Below, piece after piece: positions 12,384 to 25,739 of a stretch of 64,000 nt of DNA; positions within the stretch are counted from its first letter, which is position 1; every line of letters begins with the position of its first letter. The notes beneath the pieces are model-generated. The model ran no database searches. It saw only the letters and a program-made list of their open reading frames with translations, and was not told the origin of the DNA. A program made the translations under genes and the position numbers. The DNA comes from Eledone cirrhosa (lineage: Eukaryota). The stretch lies in assembly GCA_964016885.1 (NCBI GenBank), contig OZ024743.1, positions 32,240,001 through 32,304,000 of the forward strand, written 5' to 3'.

Positions 12384-12571
12384 TGTTTCTACTTTTGGCA
12401 CAAGGCCAGCAATTACCCAGTGCCTTACTGGTACTTTATTTTATCAACCCCCGTTAGGATGAAAGGCAAAGTTAACCTCAGCAGAATTTGAACTCAGATC
12501 AGAAAGGGGCGTAACTCTGTGCTACAAAGCATGTTGTCCGACCCTCTACCGATAGTGCCAAACCACCACCC
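12384..12571 (-). mobile_element. tRNA-derived SINE family 1 with 19-bp target-site duplication
   Basis: B-box gagttcaaattc, central gcctttcatcc..gataaaataaagtaccag; TSD tttattaaggctaaataat at 12365-12383 and 12572-12590. Confidence 0.9.
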
Positions 12572-13072
12572 TTTATTAAGGCTAAATAATGAATCGTGTT
12601 ACTTTGGAGTTTTGCCTGCTTCTCACAGGGTCATCTGATGATAAGAAAATAAGCTGAAGTTGTAGGGGACATGGTTGAGATTCTAACTCTTCAAAACACT
12701 AACTCTGTCTCTCATTATGCACTGAGTGCTAACCTGATTCGTAATCTTCCTAGTCTTTACACTTCTGACAATCCTACTCCATCTTGTTTTTGTGAATTGT
12801 GTGCACACAACAGAACAAAGGAGAGACACAAAATAACAAATTAGTCACTGAAGAGGTCACAGAATGTCTGAACTAAGAGCTTTGACAATAAACAAATACA
12901 CAACCATCCAGTTACTAAACTAACCAACTGGAAATTTATAATAAATTGAAGTGAAAACTAACAGGTATGTGTTTTTATTGGCAGCATGACCTGCCCAAAG
13001 TATAACAATATCTGTTTCAATACATGTTTTCATATAAGAAATCTTGCAAAACAAATACAAAAACGAGGTGTG

Positions 13073-13108
<36 letters not shown>

Positions 13109-13469
13109 CAATATATATACTTGTACATACTTCTGTAGGTATGCATTTATCTGTCTGAATGTATGAAAGCCACTAGGAATGAAGATTCAAAGTAAATCAA
13201 TGAAGTTTTGAGGACTGACAGTATAAGATAGTTTGAGATGGCAGTACAAGTAAGCTCAATGGCTGAAACTGGAATATGATATGACAACTGCTCTGGTAGT
13301 AAGCATTCAGTGTGTGTATGTATGTTTATGTATGTGTATATAGATAAATATGTTAATAGATATGGAGTTAGAGAGATACATTGACAAAAATAACAAAGCA
13401 AACAAAATAATAGCTATGCCAGCCTGGAAAAGTAGATGTATAATGATGATGATGGTGATATATACATTC

Positions 13470-13890
13470 TTAGTCTTAGGTCCTCCTATGCCCTGGGGCA
13501 TATTGGGCAATGAGTCTTCTCCAATTTACCCGATCAGCTGCGGCATCTTGCGTAGTTTCCCATTCCAGTCCAATCCTCTGGAGAACTTTTTTTAGAGTTG
13601 GGTCTCCTTTTTTCCCGCTTACAACCAGCCGGGATCCATCACATTGCCACAGAAGGTTTCTGGTACTCAGACATGCACAGAATATATCCAGCCAGTTCCA
13701 TGCGTCTTTTAGCTAAGGCGTCAGTCAGTAGCCTCTATTTACTTCTCTTCAGCACCTCTACATTAGTAATCCGGTCTCAATAAGTGATTTGCAGGATTTT
13801 TTTAAGCATCTTTGTTGGAAAAGGTTGAGTTTCTTTAAAATTTTGGCAGTCATTTTCCATGCTTCTCTAACACAGTATTCCTGTTGATAC
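13470..13890 (-). mobile_element. Decayed RTE-like LINE 3' fragment (different family)
   Basis: Minus strand reads ..RITNVEVLKRSK..AKRRMELAGYILCM....PSVAM*WIPAG.KR...RP. Confidence 0.6.
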
Positions 13891-14126
13891 AATCAATGGA
13901 ACAGCCTGCTAGTGAAATTAACATGCAAGTGGCTGAGCATTCCATAACGTGTGTATATATATATATATAACAATAATCTTTAAATACACTTCTGTGCTTT
14001 TTCGCTTTCCGTATAACCTTTAATTTGTGTGGAACTTTACTCCCTCTCCCCCTATTCTTCTCTTTTTTCCTCCATTCCTTCCTCTTATAACTCTTTATCT
14101 TTCTATTTATTTTCTATTTCTAAATC

Positions 14127-14165
14127 TATCACCTGATGACGGACTAGTGTCCGAAACGTAAGACT
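14127..14165 (+). ncRNA. Hammerhead core motif (stem I poorly paired)
   Basis: CTGATGA c-ggac-tagt-gtcc GAAA cg TA at 14133-14160, downstream of a pyrimidine tract in a microsatellite-flanked module (about 13970-14245). Confidence 0.5.
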
Positions 14166-14244
14166 CTTTTCCTACTACATCAAGTGTTAAACTAATATAT
14201 TTCTTCAAAGTACTGTGTTGTTTGTTTTGTTATTTCTGTTTATC

Positions 14245-14248
<4 letters not shown>

Positions 14249-14328
<80 letters not shown>

Positions 14329-14340
14329 TCACACACACAC
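14249..14340. repeat. (CA)n microsatellite
   Basis: Direct reading. Confidence 0.95.
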
Positions 14341-14640
14341 ATATATATAAATATATAGAATGAGGAAATACAAAGTTTAGATGATAAAGTCCTTTATTGA
14401 TAAGGCCATGATACATAATTCGATGACGACAGTGGTCACCCAATTTGGCGTAGTACCCAGTGCCATGATCTTATCAGACAGCTTCTTACATAATAAGGTT
14501 ACAATCAAGGAGGTAATCCAAAATTGAAGTGACAAGGGAACCGACAAACAGCGATGTTCATGAATCGAATGCCCCTTATCAACTTCCTTTGTTAAAAATC
14601 CAGTCAGCTCATATACACTTCCGTTCTCAGCACAACTTCA

Positions 14641-14730
14641 CTTGGGTTGAAAATCTGCAAAGTGAAACATGCATCCTCGGGTATGGTTTGCTAATTTGTT
14701 GTGGAACTAAATCTATACCAAACTCATCCT
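14641..14730 (+). mobile_element. Degenerate hammerhead-bearing module homologous to 38686-38820
   Basis: cttggg TTGAAAA...gtGAAAcatgcaTCctcggg...tgttgtggaacta...tataccaaactc matches the 38.7-kb family. Confidence 0.5.
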
Positions 14731-16559
14731 CTGGATTGATTGTTATACTTACTACAGATATAAGCTATGGCTTTTAGAATGCTTATTTATAAACATATCG
14801 TATTTCTTTAGATATACGAAATTCATGTACATATATATATATATATCGACTAGGTCCACGTTGGTATTAACCTGTTTGTATTTTCGTTGTTGTAGTGGCA
14901 GTTGTGGCATTCTTTTACCTAGCAATGGTTTTCAATTTGTCACACCTTTAACGTATGTTTATTACTCTAAGATTTAATTTATCGATTTATCAATATTATC
15001 TTATCGGGTGCTTGTGCAAAGCTTCTGAGGATTGTTCCTTCGAGAGATGCTGCCTTAGCTGAAACTTCGATTTTACTCACTATCATTATATATATATATA
15101 TGGAAAGCGTATGTTAAATGCCCTTGGGGGTCATTAATCAATTATTAATATATTAGATTATTAAAATTCCATACTGGATTCACAAAATTCTATTTCTTTT
15201 TCACTGGGGTTGCAAAGTAAATAAATCAAGATAAAAATTTCAATGTTAGATAAAATAAGATAAAATTTCATTGCAGCTTCCTGCTACACAATTTAGAGTT
15301 TTTGGTGAATCTATTGTTTTGATTCTAACCAAGTAACTAAGAGTAAGGAGTGTGACTGATCAAATCTTTAACAGCTGTGGTTTGTTGTATTGAGTTAACA
15401 TACAAATGCATATGATGCAAAAGGTTCAAAAACATCAATGTTTTACAATTGCAGCATGTTATATTTATATGTATGTTATGTACAAAGTCGATGTTCAGCA
15501 TTTGTATTTGGTGCAGTATATATGTATAATGTGGAGAAGGTTGTTTTTATTGATAGAGAAAAAATAAAAGAAACCAATTTTTTTATCATTGAGGTCAACC
15601 ATTCTTGAAGTCTACCATTATGAATATATTTTCGAGCAGTCATTGTTAATAGTAAATGTGAGCTGTTTCAAGTAGGTTGCTGAAGACAAAGATTTCATTT
15701 TTTGTGTCAACTGCAGTTTATATTGTTGTTGAATTTAACAGCTCAGGAAATGGATGATTGATGAGTTTTTAATGACTTGAGAATACATGTCTATGGCTGG
15801 ATTAATCCTCTTCAGATGTATATCAGGTTTAACTAAAGAAATAAGTTATCTTCAAAGATGATGACTCACACTTTAACAATTCATGTGTGAATCTTAAGAT
15901 AAGGTTTCACATCCCAGGAGGAACATGTTATGAACTATTGGTGATTTTGACTGGTTGCTTGAAATACATGATGTTTGAAATAGCATAGTCACTGATAACT
16001 GTTACAATTTCTAAAATATTGATTCTAGGATCAAAATCAAAGAAAAGATAAATATGAAGAAGACTTGGAGTCATCAAGTAGCAGGACCTGTTCCAACAAT
16101 GTAGAAATGAAGGGTGTCAAGCCTGGCTATATCCAATTGAGGTTGGCTGCAAGGGTTTCCTGGTACAGTGTGTGTGAAAGATGCTTGTAGCTCTAGGAAT
16201 AGAAGAAAATGAGAGAAATACAGCAGCATGTACTTTGGGCGTAGTAACTGGAAGAGCCTATTGCTGGTTCTAAAACATGCAGAAAGTGTTGAATTGGAAA
16301 CCAGACTCAACATTTTGTGTTTGTCATTTGCACATAGTTGCTAGTGACTACCACAGGTGTTTGACACGCCTATTAAAAATAATAGTACATTCAGTCATAC
16401 TTATGACCTTAGTTTTTCATCCAGCCAAAAAAAACATTGACATAGTATACAACCTTTCTCATGAATTTAGATCCTAAACCATAATATACTCATGTTTATG
16501 AGTTGGCAGTGATAGAAAGTTACTGCTCATCTTCTTCTGCTTTCCAACTCAATATAATA

Positions 16560-16795
16560 AATAATATATAAGTGCTCCAACCATCTTCCCACAATCTTAT
16601 GACATATTAAAAACAACATTAATAGATGCTTAGATATTCTATTATTCAACAAACATTTAAACATTCTTCCTCATATTTCTATAGAGCCCTAGCTAATAGT
16701 GGTTTTAAGACCAAGCTGGTATGTATACCCACACCAAATAACACTATACATAAAAATAGAAAAATCATCTGGCTTAACTATCTCCTTAATATGAA
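16560..16795 (+). mobile_element. Penelope-like element RT-thumb/linker fragment
   Basis: SNH.PTIL*HIKNNINR.L...F...S.YFYRALANSGF...L....NRKIIWLN resembles the PLE SNHPP...AL..SG...RKIIWFNPP motif. Confidence 0.65.
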
Positions 16796-16852
16796 TGAAA
16801 TGTGTTATTTTCATGTAGTCTATGGATTTTGTTTTTCATCCTCCATCAATAG

Positions 16853-16912
16853 CACCACCAACACTGCCACCACCACCACCACCACCACCACCACCACCAC
16901 CACCACCATTAC
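16853..16912. repeat. (ACC)n microsatellite
   Basis: Direct reading. Confidence 0.9.
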
Positions 16913-17034
16913 CAGCAATACTACTACCAATATCCTCTTCCAACACCACCAACCGTTTTATACAGTAATTCTTTCAGATCTCTCCAGTACTTCATGCATC
17001 ACATTTTACTTAAATCCTACATTTTCATTTATTG

Positions 17035-17092
<58 letters not shown>

Positions 17093-17569
17093 TATAATAT
17101 ATATAATGACGATGATGATGATTTACATATATATCAATCTCATTATCATTTCAATTTTTTCTATTCTTTCCTATCTCACTTACTTACACATCAACAAACA
17201 CATATACATTACTCCCTTCTGCCACTAAACCAGCATCACCATGTCTTCAACTACTCCAACTTCTGTGCTTCTACTAACACAATACCAACCTCAGAGCTAT
17301 ATAAATCATTATGACAGTATCTCACATACAAAATACACTAAGTTGAAAAACATTGAGCAACAGATACTATCAAAGCAATTATACGTAAATGCTCCCTCTA
17401 AGGATGTTTAAAAATCTAAAAAACACCAAACAAGGGAGAAAACTGCAGTAAAGTCAGTTGATCAAAATGTTTAAACAATCAAGATGGAAGTGGATCCGAT
17501 CTTTAAAACCAACTAATGAAAGCAATGTATATGTTTAGGGTCTTATTAGACTTCCTTAGCAAAACACCT

Positions 17570-18040
17570 TTTACTCAGATGATATAGCTCATCATCATTT
17601 TTGCAGTACAACATCTCTTTGTTTGTTTCTTTCCTTTGTCATCTCCTTTGAGAGGTTCAGTTTCTTGAGATCAGCTTTCCCCATCTCTATCCACATCTTT
17701 CATGGATTTTTTTTCCATGACTTCTTTCAACTTGGAACTCCTGGCACTTTTTCACACAATGATTATCATCTATATAAATTATATATCGGTACCAGTGAAA
17801 CCTTCTCTCTTGCATGTTACATCTGATTCCTCTTACGCCTAGTTTTTCATGCAGCACAACTGTACTTCATCATTCATGCACACTAACATTACACATCTAC
17901 TGGAGCATGCCTGATTTGTTTCTCCCCAGTATTGGCATTCAGTGCTTATATCTTACTGCCATGGAACATAACATTTCTCACAAAATACCCTTCACCTAGA
18001 GAGAGAATTCTTTTGTAGCAAACAGCGGTAGTAGCTCCCT
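17570..18040 (-). mobile_element. Old RTE (A/B-related) C-terminal fragment
   Basis: Minus strand: LPLFATKEFSL...LHEKLGVRGIRCNMQERRFHWY. Confidence 0.7.
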
Positions 18041-18518
18041 GTGATAAATAAATGTGTAAAAATAGAGGGAAGGTAATGACACTGATTATGAATATCAACA
18101 ATATGGCTGATGGGAATACCCCAGGGGAATGTTCTGCATACTAAATACAAATACAGTAGTGTCTCATATATATAATATAGTGAGCTGAAATACTTTTATC
18201 AACCAAGATTATCTAAACAATTAGTAGTCAAAAACTTAGTGATCAATATATATATAGAGAGTGTGATCAATATATATATAGAAATAGAGTTTCTTCTATT
18301 TCTATATATATATTGATTAGTTTTAAATCTGGCTGGACATTACTTGTTTTTCAAATCTTGCAACTAGCTATTTATTTGTTTCTCTCACTAACTTTCTTCA
18401 TCCATTTTCTATATTCTATTTCCTTGTTTTCTTTTATTCTTTCATGTGTATCTGCACTATTGCTCCTTCATATTTTCTTCCTTACAATTTACCCAATACT
18501 TTCTCTATCAGAATGTAT

Positions 18519-18618
<100 letters not shown>

Positions 18619-20015
18619 TGACTCGCTCTGTCTCACTCTCCCTTTCTCTAAATATCGGAACAGTATTCTAGTCTATTGTAGGTCTCACTTTGTAAAAGTT
18701 TGGAGAATAAGCAGCCCTTTGAAATTTGCTCTTTGCTTACGCTTTACATACAGAAGATGGTTTGCAGTTATTGGAGAACAGCATCATCTATATTGCTGTC
18801 ACCAATATTGGGGGGGCCCTTTCCTTCAGATCAAATCAGTTAAGACCAAAAAACAATGTTGAAAGCCTTGTGAATGTAATGCACACACCCATCTCCTCTG
18901 AACTAAATCAATTAAGAAAACAAAACAATAAAGTACAGTAGTTTGAAATAGTTTCATTGAGGTTAAAATGATTGTAATGTAGTTTGAAAATGATTTGCAA
19001 ATTCGATTTATTTAGAGAAAACAATATGTGTCTTAGAAAGAGAACTTTTTTCAGAAGCAACTGAATAGAAATATATATCCTTAGTTTACCAATGCCCAAT
19101 GTAACATATTAATTAACCTGCCCTCTCAGACAATACAATCTCTGTATAGTAGTGAGGAATTCTTATATTGATACAAGGCAAACAATATTTGGTAGATGAA
19201 AACTAAGAGGAAGCCTGTTGTACACACACATGCACACACACACACACACAAAATATAGCTCATGTTCGTAGTGAATTAAGGTATATCATAAGAGGTGTAC
19301 TAACAGCCAAAGTTTATGATATAGTTATATCTGTATAAATACAGAGTGTGTAACCAAGACTGCACCTAGGTGAAAAATATTTTCACACATATCTACTAGG
19401 AAGGCATGTAAACATACCAGAAAATAAGAGTTTCCCTGTAAATTGAAAAAAATGATAAACATCTTTAATTGATTTTCAGATTTTATTCAATCATCATCAA
19501 AAGATGTTTATATCCAGAGCCTCTAAGAGAAATTTTGCAAAGTAGTACAAGACCACTTTTGGGCCCAAAGTAGGCAAATATTTTCTCAAAATGGATGTTT
19601 CATGGTTGCTGTGGGGCCTTCTTAGCTCTTGGGCTCCAGAACAAAGTACTGGCTGTATCCACTCTCATAGGCCCTGTTTATAGCAACCAATCAACCACAA
19701 GGAAACATGTATTTGATAGCTATATATACCCTTTTATCTCAGGAATTTTACCTGCTCTAGATAGATATATACATATACCCTTTCACTTTGAGTATTATTC
19801 TAAAATAAACATACTAATTTGTATATAATTAACACTTGTGTTGGTAATTAATTAAGATATATATTAAGACGTGTGCTAGGAACTGAAGTGTATGATAATT
19901 TTATGTCTGTATAAATACAGTGAGTAACTGAGACTGCACCAACTTGTGTAACTATATGTATACACACACACACACATATATAAATAAATATATATATATA
20001 CATATATATATATAT

Positions 20016-20550
20016 ACAAGCAAATTATAAACGTAAACATGTAAGTATGTTTTTTTGAAACGGTGCGCGAGTTTGAAATTAGAAATTAGAAATTATAAGC
20101 TTTCACCGTATTTTAGACTAAAGAAATTTCTAGACTGATAGTGATAGTAATATTTTACTCCCATGTACGGCAACACTCATCTTTTTCCAATTCTCCGAGG
20201 GTTATAAACCCCACTATCAGGCTAGAAATTTCTTTAGTCTAAAATAAAGTGAAAGCTTATAATTTCTTATTTCTAATTTCAAACTCGCGCACCGTTTCAA
20301 AAAAACATACTTACATGTTTACGTTTATAATTTGCTTGTTTATCATTCACTTGCTAAGTTCATAGCTTCTAATGCGAATGGAAGGAGACGGGATGTGTAT
20401 TGGTGTAATGGTAGCACAGTGGTCTGGATAACCAAAGATGTGGGTTCGTCTCCCATGTACGGCAACACTCATCTTTTTCCATTTCTCCGAGGGTTGAGTC
20501 TAAAATACGTTGAGTCTAAAATACGGTGAAAACTTATAATTTCTAATTCC
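20016..20550. mobile_element. TA-flanked element: inverted arms (20016-20143 / 20212-20339), 292-bp partial tandem repeat and tRNA-like segment
   Basis: ctcccatgtacggcaacactcatc at 20158 and 20450; inverted arms read directly. Confidence 0.75.
20394..20464 (+). other. tRNA-like sequence (pseudo-tRNA or SINE head)
   Basis: A box tggtgtaatggtagcac, stem tggt-ctggata-acca, T arm gtggg-ttcgtct-cccat; acceptor stem mismatched. Confidence 0.55.
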
Positions 20551-20570
20551 TAATATATATATATATATAT

Positions 20571-20669
20571 ATAGGATGCACCAAAAAATGTATACACAAT
20601 TTGAAGGCAATATTTATAAGAATGGTGTTGAAATGTGTATAAATTTTTGGGGGACACCCTCACCCTGTA
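20571..20669. mobile_element. Tc1/mariner-type MITE remnant
   Basis: aaaaaatgtatacac / gtgtataaattttt inverted; ends ..caccctg-ta; TA flanks. Confidence 0.55.
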
Positions 20670-20760
20670 TATATATATATGTGTGTGTGTTTGTGTGTGT
20701 ATGTGTGTATGTACTGCTTTTCAAATAATATATAAGTATGTATATGTACATATGTATGGA

Positions 20761-20790
<30 letters not shown>

Positions 20791-20792
<2 letters not shown>

Positions 20793-21163
20793 CATCAACA
20801 TCATCATCACCGTTTTACGTCCGTTCTTCCACGCTAGCATGGGTTAGACGGGTTGTCCTGTTGTGTCCAGTCGGCTGACCGTGTCTTGCTCATACAGGAA
20901 CTGATTCTGGCTTGATTTCTACAGCTGGATGCCCTTCCTAACACCAACCTCATTTACAGTGAGTGCTGGGTGTTTTTTTTCCGTGGCACATACACGTCCA
21001 CTTTAGAGTGTGGGCTGGGTGCTTTTTTTGCCGTGGCACCTCCACGACCACTTTCCAGTGGGAGGGGGGGGGGAACATATTGTCTATATGCTTCACCTTC
21101 GGCTAGTTCCTGTGGGAAGTCGGGTCTTCTGTATTACTCCATGACATCCAGAGGTCACAGTCA
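20791..21163 (-). mobile_element. RTE family B-like 3' end
   Basis: Matches the family B UTR and last codons (DRDLW..VIQKTR). Confidence 0.85.
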
Positions 21164-21197
21164 TATGTATATATATATATACATATATTCATATGTA

Positions 21198-21252
<55 letters not shown>

Positions 21253-21256
<4 letters not shown>

Positions 21257-22458
21257 AAGAACACAAGAGCGTCTACAACATCAAAAGATTTTTATTGGCT
21301 AACAATGTTTCTTCCTTACGTGTAACCGTAGGATTCATCAGAGCTATAAAAGGGGTTTGATTGGTGTTATGGACTCTACCAACCAAACACCCAAGAACAA
21401 AGAGTAAAGAGAGTAAAGAGCAAAAGTAGGGGACGATAAGTCTAATTTTGGTGCGGGAGGGTGGGGTGTTGGTCCTTGTTTACTAGCTGCGGTCATATTC
21501 ATTCCCGGGAGTCGGGTGGTTAGCTGAACCATAGATGGGGTGGCGTCGATAGTATGGTGCAGAGGGTGCGCAGAGGCTACACAAACACAAAGGGCGTAGA
21601 ATACATATATACATATAGCGGAGGAGAAGGTACATGAGGTAATTAGAAATGGAAAAAGAGTAATAATAAAAATCTATAATTAATAGTGTATAATAAGGCA
21701 TGGGGAAGATTACACTATAATAAGGTGTAAAGGTAAGAATAAGGTAAAATATAAAGGAGGATAAAAGTGGAAATAATAAAGATAAAAAAATATATATAGA
21801 GAATATATAAGGAAATATAAGCGAATATTTGGAGGGGAAAACACAATGTAAAAAAACCGATTTTTTTCAAACAATAATAAAAATATAATAATTATGGGGG
21901 GAGAAAACAGGATAGAGAAATATGATCAAGTGTGATTCGTTGAGAGAATATAAGATGATAATAGTTATGTCCAGTTTATACATCTTAATAATAAATAATA
22001 AACAATATGTGTATCAGAGTTGCAGAACCTTCAATTCACTTACGGGTTCAAGCCACGTGGCATGGTCCATTGTTTATCTGTGCGGTCATGTGCGTTGTTT
22101 TTGACACCACAGCAGATGCACAAGTTTGTAAATTCCAATGCAGATAGAAATCAATTTTTGCTCACCCGGACATTGACTGAGGATCCAATATTCCTAGTTC
22201 AATATATGTTTGGTGTTATTTTGGTCGCACAAATCAATCAATTGGTTCAATATATGGAGTATGGTTTTCTGGTCTTCGTAACAGTGTCAGTGGTTGTATA
22301 TTTGGAAGTCACAAGGATCACAGTACTCCGATTTGGTGTGATTATCGATCATCCAGCTATGTTGTTGGTGGTTGGATTCAAATCTATTCGCCCAAACGTT
22401 GAACTTTGGTGTCGATAGGACATTAACGAAGCAGGGTGAGATTGCAGGGTGAGATCGC
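21253..22458 (-). mobile_element. TA-flanked retroelement 3' fragment: decayed Cys/His-containing ORF end, pyrimidine-rich UTR, hammerhead, AATAAA
   Basis: Minus frame SEYCDPCDFQIYNH*HCYED...ISICIGIYKL; hammerhead at 21298-21344. Confidence 0.5.
21298..21344 (-). ncRNA. Type I hammerhead motif
   Basis: gct CTGATGA a-tcctacg-gttaca-cgtaagga-a GAAA cattg TT agc, followed by c-AATAAA. Confidence 0.65.
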
Positions 22459-22499
<41 letters not shown>

Positions 22500-22561
22500 C
22501 ATATACATATATACATATACATATATATATATATTCTGTTTGAGTCTCCCAAACTATAACA

Positions 22562-22628
<67 letters not shown>

Positions 22629-23086
22629 GGTATGTATGCATCTGTGTATTTATGGAGTTGGATTTATGTAGACAAATAGATTTGTAGATAGATTGTGTAA
22701 TAAGAGTCTAAATCTGTAATGATACACACAAAAATATAGACTCAGAACAACAAACAATAAGAGAAGAAATGTAATACTTTGAGATTAACAACATTCACAT
22801 GAATAATGAGTAACAATAAATTATTAAAATCTTGTATTACATACAGTACTAAAATGAGAATATGATTTTTTATTATGATTATTATTACTATTTATTATTA
22901 TAATTGCTATCATTCTCTTTATTACTAAAGAAAACATTATTATCAATATTACATTTTTTTTAAATATAATATTTTATTCATTTTTGTTAAGCAAAAATTT
23001 ATTTTATTTTGTTTGTTTGATACTTATTTGGAGGGTGATACAGGAGGTGCAGAGAAGTAAAATTATGATTAAATACACACACACAC

Positions 23087-23137
23087 ACATACATACATAC
23101 ATACATACATACATACATACATACATACATACATACA

Positions 23138-23166
<29 letters not shown>
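23087..23166. repeat. (ATAC)n tetranucleotide microsatellite
   Basis: Direct reading. Confidence 0.95.
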
Positions 23167-23204
<38 letters not shown>

Positions 23205-23532
23205 GTGTGTGTGTGTGTGTGTATGTATATGTGTGTGTGTGTATTTTAAGAATTGCCAGAAAACACTGAATACCATAATTTAATCTAAAAATAATGTCTA
23301 AAACTATGAAATTCCATTGTAAAGCAACTAAGTAGAGGAATTAGCAAACAGTTTATAGTCTGCCTAATGCCACTTGGGTATTTCACAGTTTTGAAGATAA
23401 TACAGGACTTGATTCTTCCAGACACTACGTCGACAACAACCAAGAAATTGGTCAGCAATTTAAAGCATTTTATTCAGTTTTGGTCTTTGTGATTTGGTTT
23501 CTATTCATTCTATTTGTCTTTTGTTATTTTGG

Positions 23533-23602
<70 letters not shown>

Positions 23603-23659
23603 AATATATGAGTGTGTATGTATATATAGATAGATATAATTCTAAATATATATATGTAC

Positions 23660-23699
<40 letters not shown>

Positions 23700-23734
23700 C
23701 ATATATATACCAAAACAACAAAAGACAAATAGAA

Positions 23735-23784
<50 letters not shown>

Positions 23785-24099
23785 GTGTGTGTTTGTTCTT
23801 CTGGTTTTATAATTTTATAAATTTTTACCAATAATGAGAGAGTTGGTTTCTAACAGACACGATACTCTTCCATTGAAATTTAGACATCAACTAGGTAGAT
23901 ACGTATGCATGTCTGCATGTGTGTACAGGTATGGATGTTACAGTATGTGTGTATGTGTATGTTTTGAGTTATATGTGTACATATGCATATATTTGTATAT
24001 GTACATTTGTAAATGCAGTTATTACTTGCAGAATTTTTGGAATGTTTTACATAGTTTTTACTGTATGTATGTTTCTCTTTCTCTTAATTTCGAGTACAT

Positions 24100-25260
24100 T
24101 TTTAACCTGCCATTTTCCTGGTGGCAAGGTTGTAAAAGAAAAAAAATTGTCATCCCTTGAATCATAAGGATGTTTTGCAAATATTTAAGGTGCTGCTATT
24201 GCAGCCATTTGTATTCTATGAATTAGGGAGCTTTTGCCATTGAAGCTGCGATAAACTGATTTAGGATTTCTGGCAAATAATCTATTTAGTACTTTCCGTT
24301 TATGTGCTGTTGACATATTTTAGTCTTTCTTCTGCAGCTCTGAGTTGTTGTTTCAACTGGTGTAGTTTGGAGTTTAGAGTTTTAAATCTTGTATCTCCAA
24401 ATTGCCTCTCTAGCTTTTTTCCTATGTCTTCCTGATGTTGTGTGAAGTTGCTTTCTATATTGCATTTTATAACTACTGTGTTCTGTAAGATACTTCGTCT
24501 CAAAGACAAAATTTTATTTTTTAAATTATGCATCTACGCTGGTTCAGGCTTTCTGTTTGTATCTTAGTTGCATAGTTTTAGATGTTTATGACAGGATAGC
24601 AATGAGATAGCTGAAACATAACAAAATAATAAGCATTTCATATGTCGTTTCCACACCTTTGGACTGTGTTGCCTTCAGATAATTGTCAGCTAGTTCGTTC
24701 ACTGCTTCCAGTTCCAATTTAGTGGGTTCTTTACTGATTCTGGTGTTGCATTTGAAAAAAATGTGAGTAACAGATTACTCACATTAAGGCTGTGTATCTC
24801 TTGAAACATATCATCCTATATCACTTGCAAGGTGTCCACAAGTTGGTGTTCTGTTTGTGCAATAGAGTTATGGATGTCAGCTACGTTGTTGATGAGCTGT
24901 TACTGCTAGATTTAGCTGACAATTCTCGCTGTCTGTCAGTAGAAGTGGAATGATTTTGTTCAATGGCTGTCTTTAGTGTCACTCAGTTCTGTTAGATGTA
25001 TCAATTTACATCTAATGATATGTTTTGCCTGTTCATTTAAATGTTTTGGGGAAAAGTCTAATCCTGGGTGTTTGGAGTTCCACAAAGTTTTTAGCCTCTA
25101 CATAAAACTGAACTTTTGGGGGTCAAATTGTTTGTATGCTTCATATAAATCTTTGTTGAGATCATTGCTCCATTGTATACGATGGTTGTAGTTGTGATTT
25201 GGTCGAAGGAGACTTATACGTTTTGCCCTGATGAGTTCGTTTATTTGCTAATATTTTGCA
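24100..25260 (-). mobile_element. Decayed RLE-type LINE (Dong/R4-like) N-terminal ORF fragment
   Basis: Minus strand: RKPEPA*MHNLKNKILSLRRSI...TLNSKLHQLKQQLRAAEERLKY resembles the P.W..RL..KI..LR / LKQ.L.A...RL..Y motifs upstream of R4-clade RT. Confidence 0.5.
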
Positions 25261-25739
25261 TTTATTTTTCAAAATAGACAATGATCTTATTTAAAAGTTT
25301 CGACAAAGTTTTGTCAGAATTAAATCTAAAGTTGTTCAGCTAGTTCTTAATTCTACAACTGTATTTTAAATGTTCATATTTAGTGTATGTATGTACATAT
25401 GTATGTATATACATATGTGTGCCTTCATATGTGTGTGCATGTCATATAATTATAATTTTTAAGATAGTCGCACATTCATACTTGCACACTTAGTTGCCCA
25501 CAGCACACTTGAAATAATAAAGTATATCCAGACAAAACACATGCACCATATATGCACAGATAAGCTCACAATAGACATGATCATTTGTGCATATACAAAC
25601 ACAGGAAACACTGCAACACCTAAGGCATGTTCACACACAAGCACACTCACCATCATTGAAAATACAATCATAGGCACAAATTTTTAATAAAGTTAATCCA
25701 TAAACACAAATACGTGTCCAATACAGATGTACAACACAA

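Noticed and set aside
15020-15075. CTGAGGA...GAAA in a TA-flanked module
   Set aside because: Stems I-III do not pair convincingly
18726-19830. Candidate host exons (unique sequence, tttcag acceptors, short ORFs)
   Set aside because: The frames tried after the acceptors hit stops, and no recognisable protein or clear donor was found
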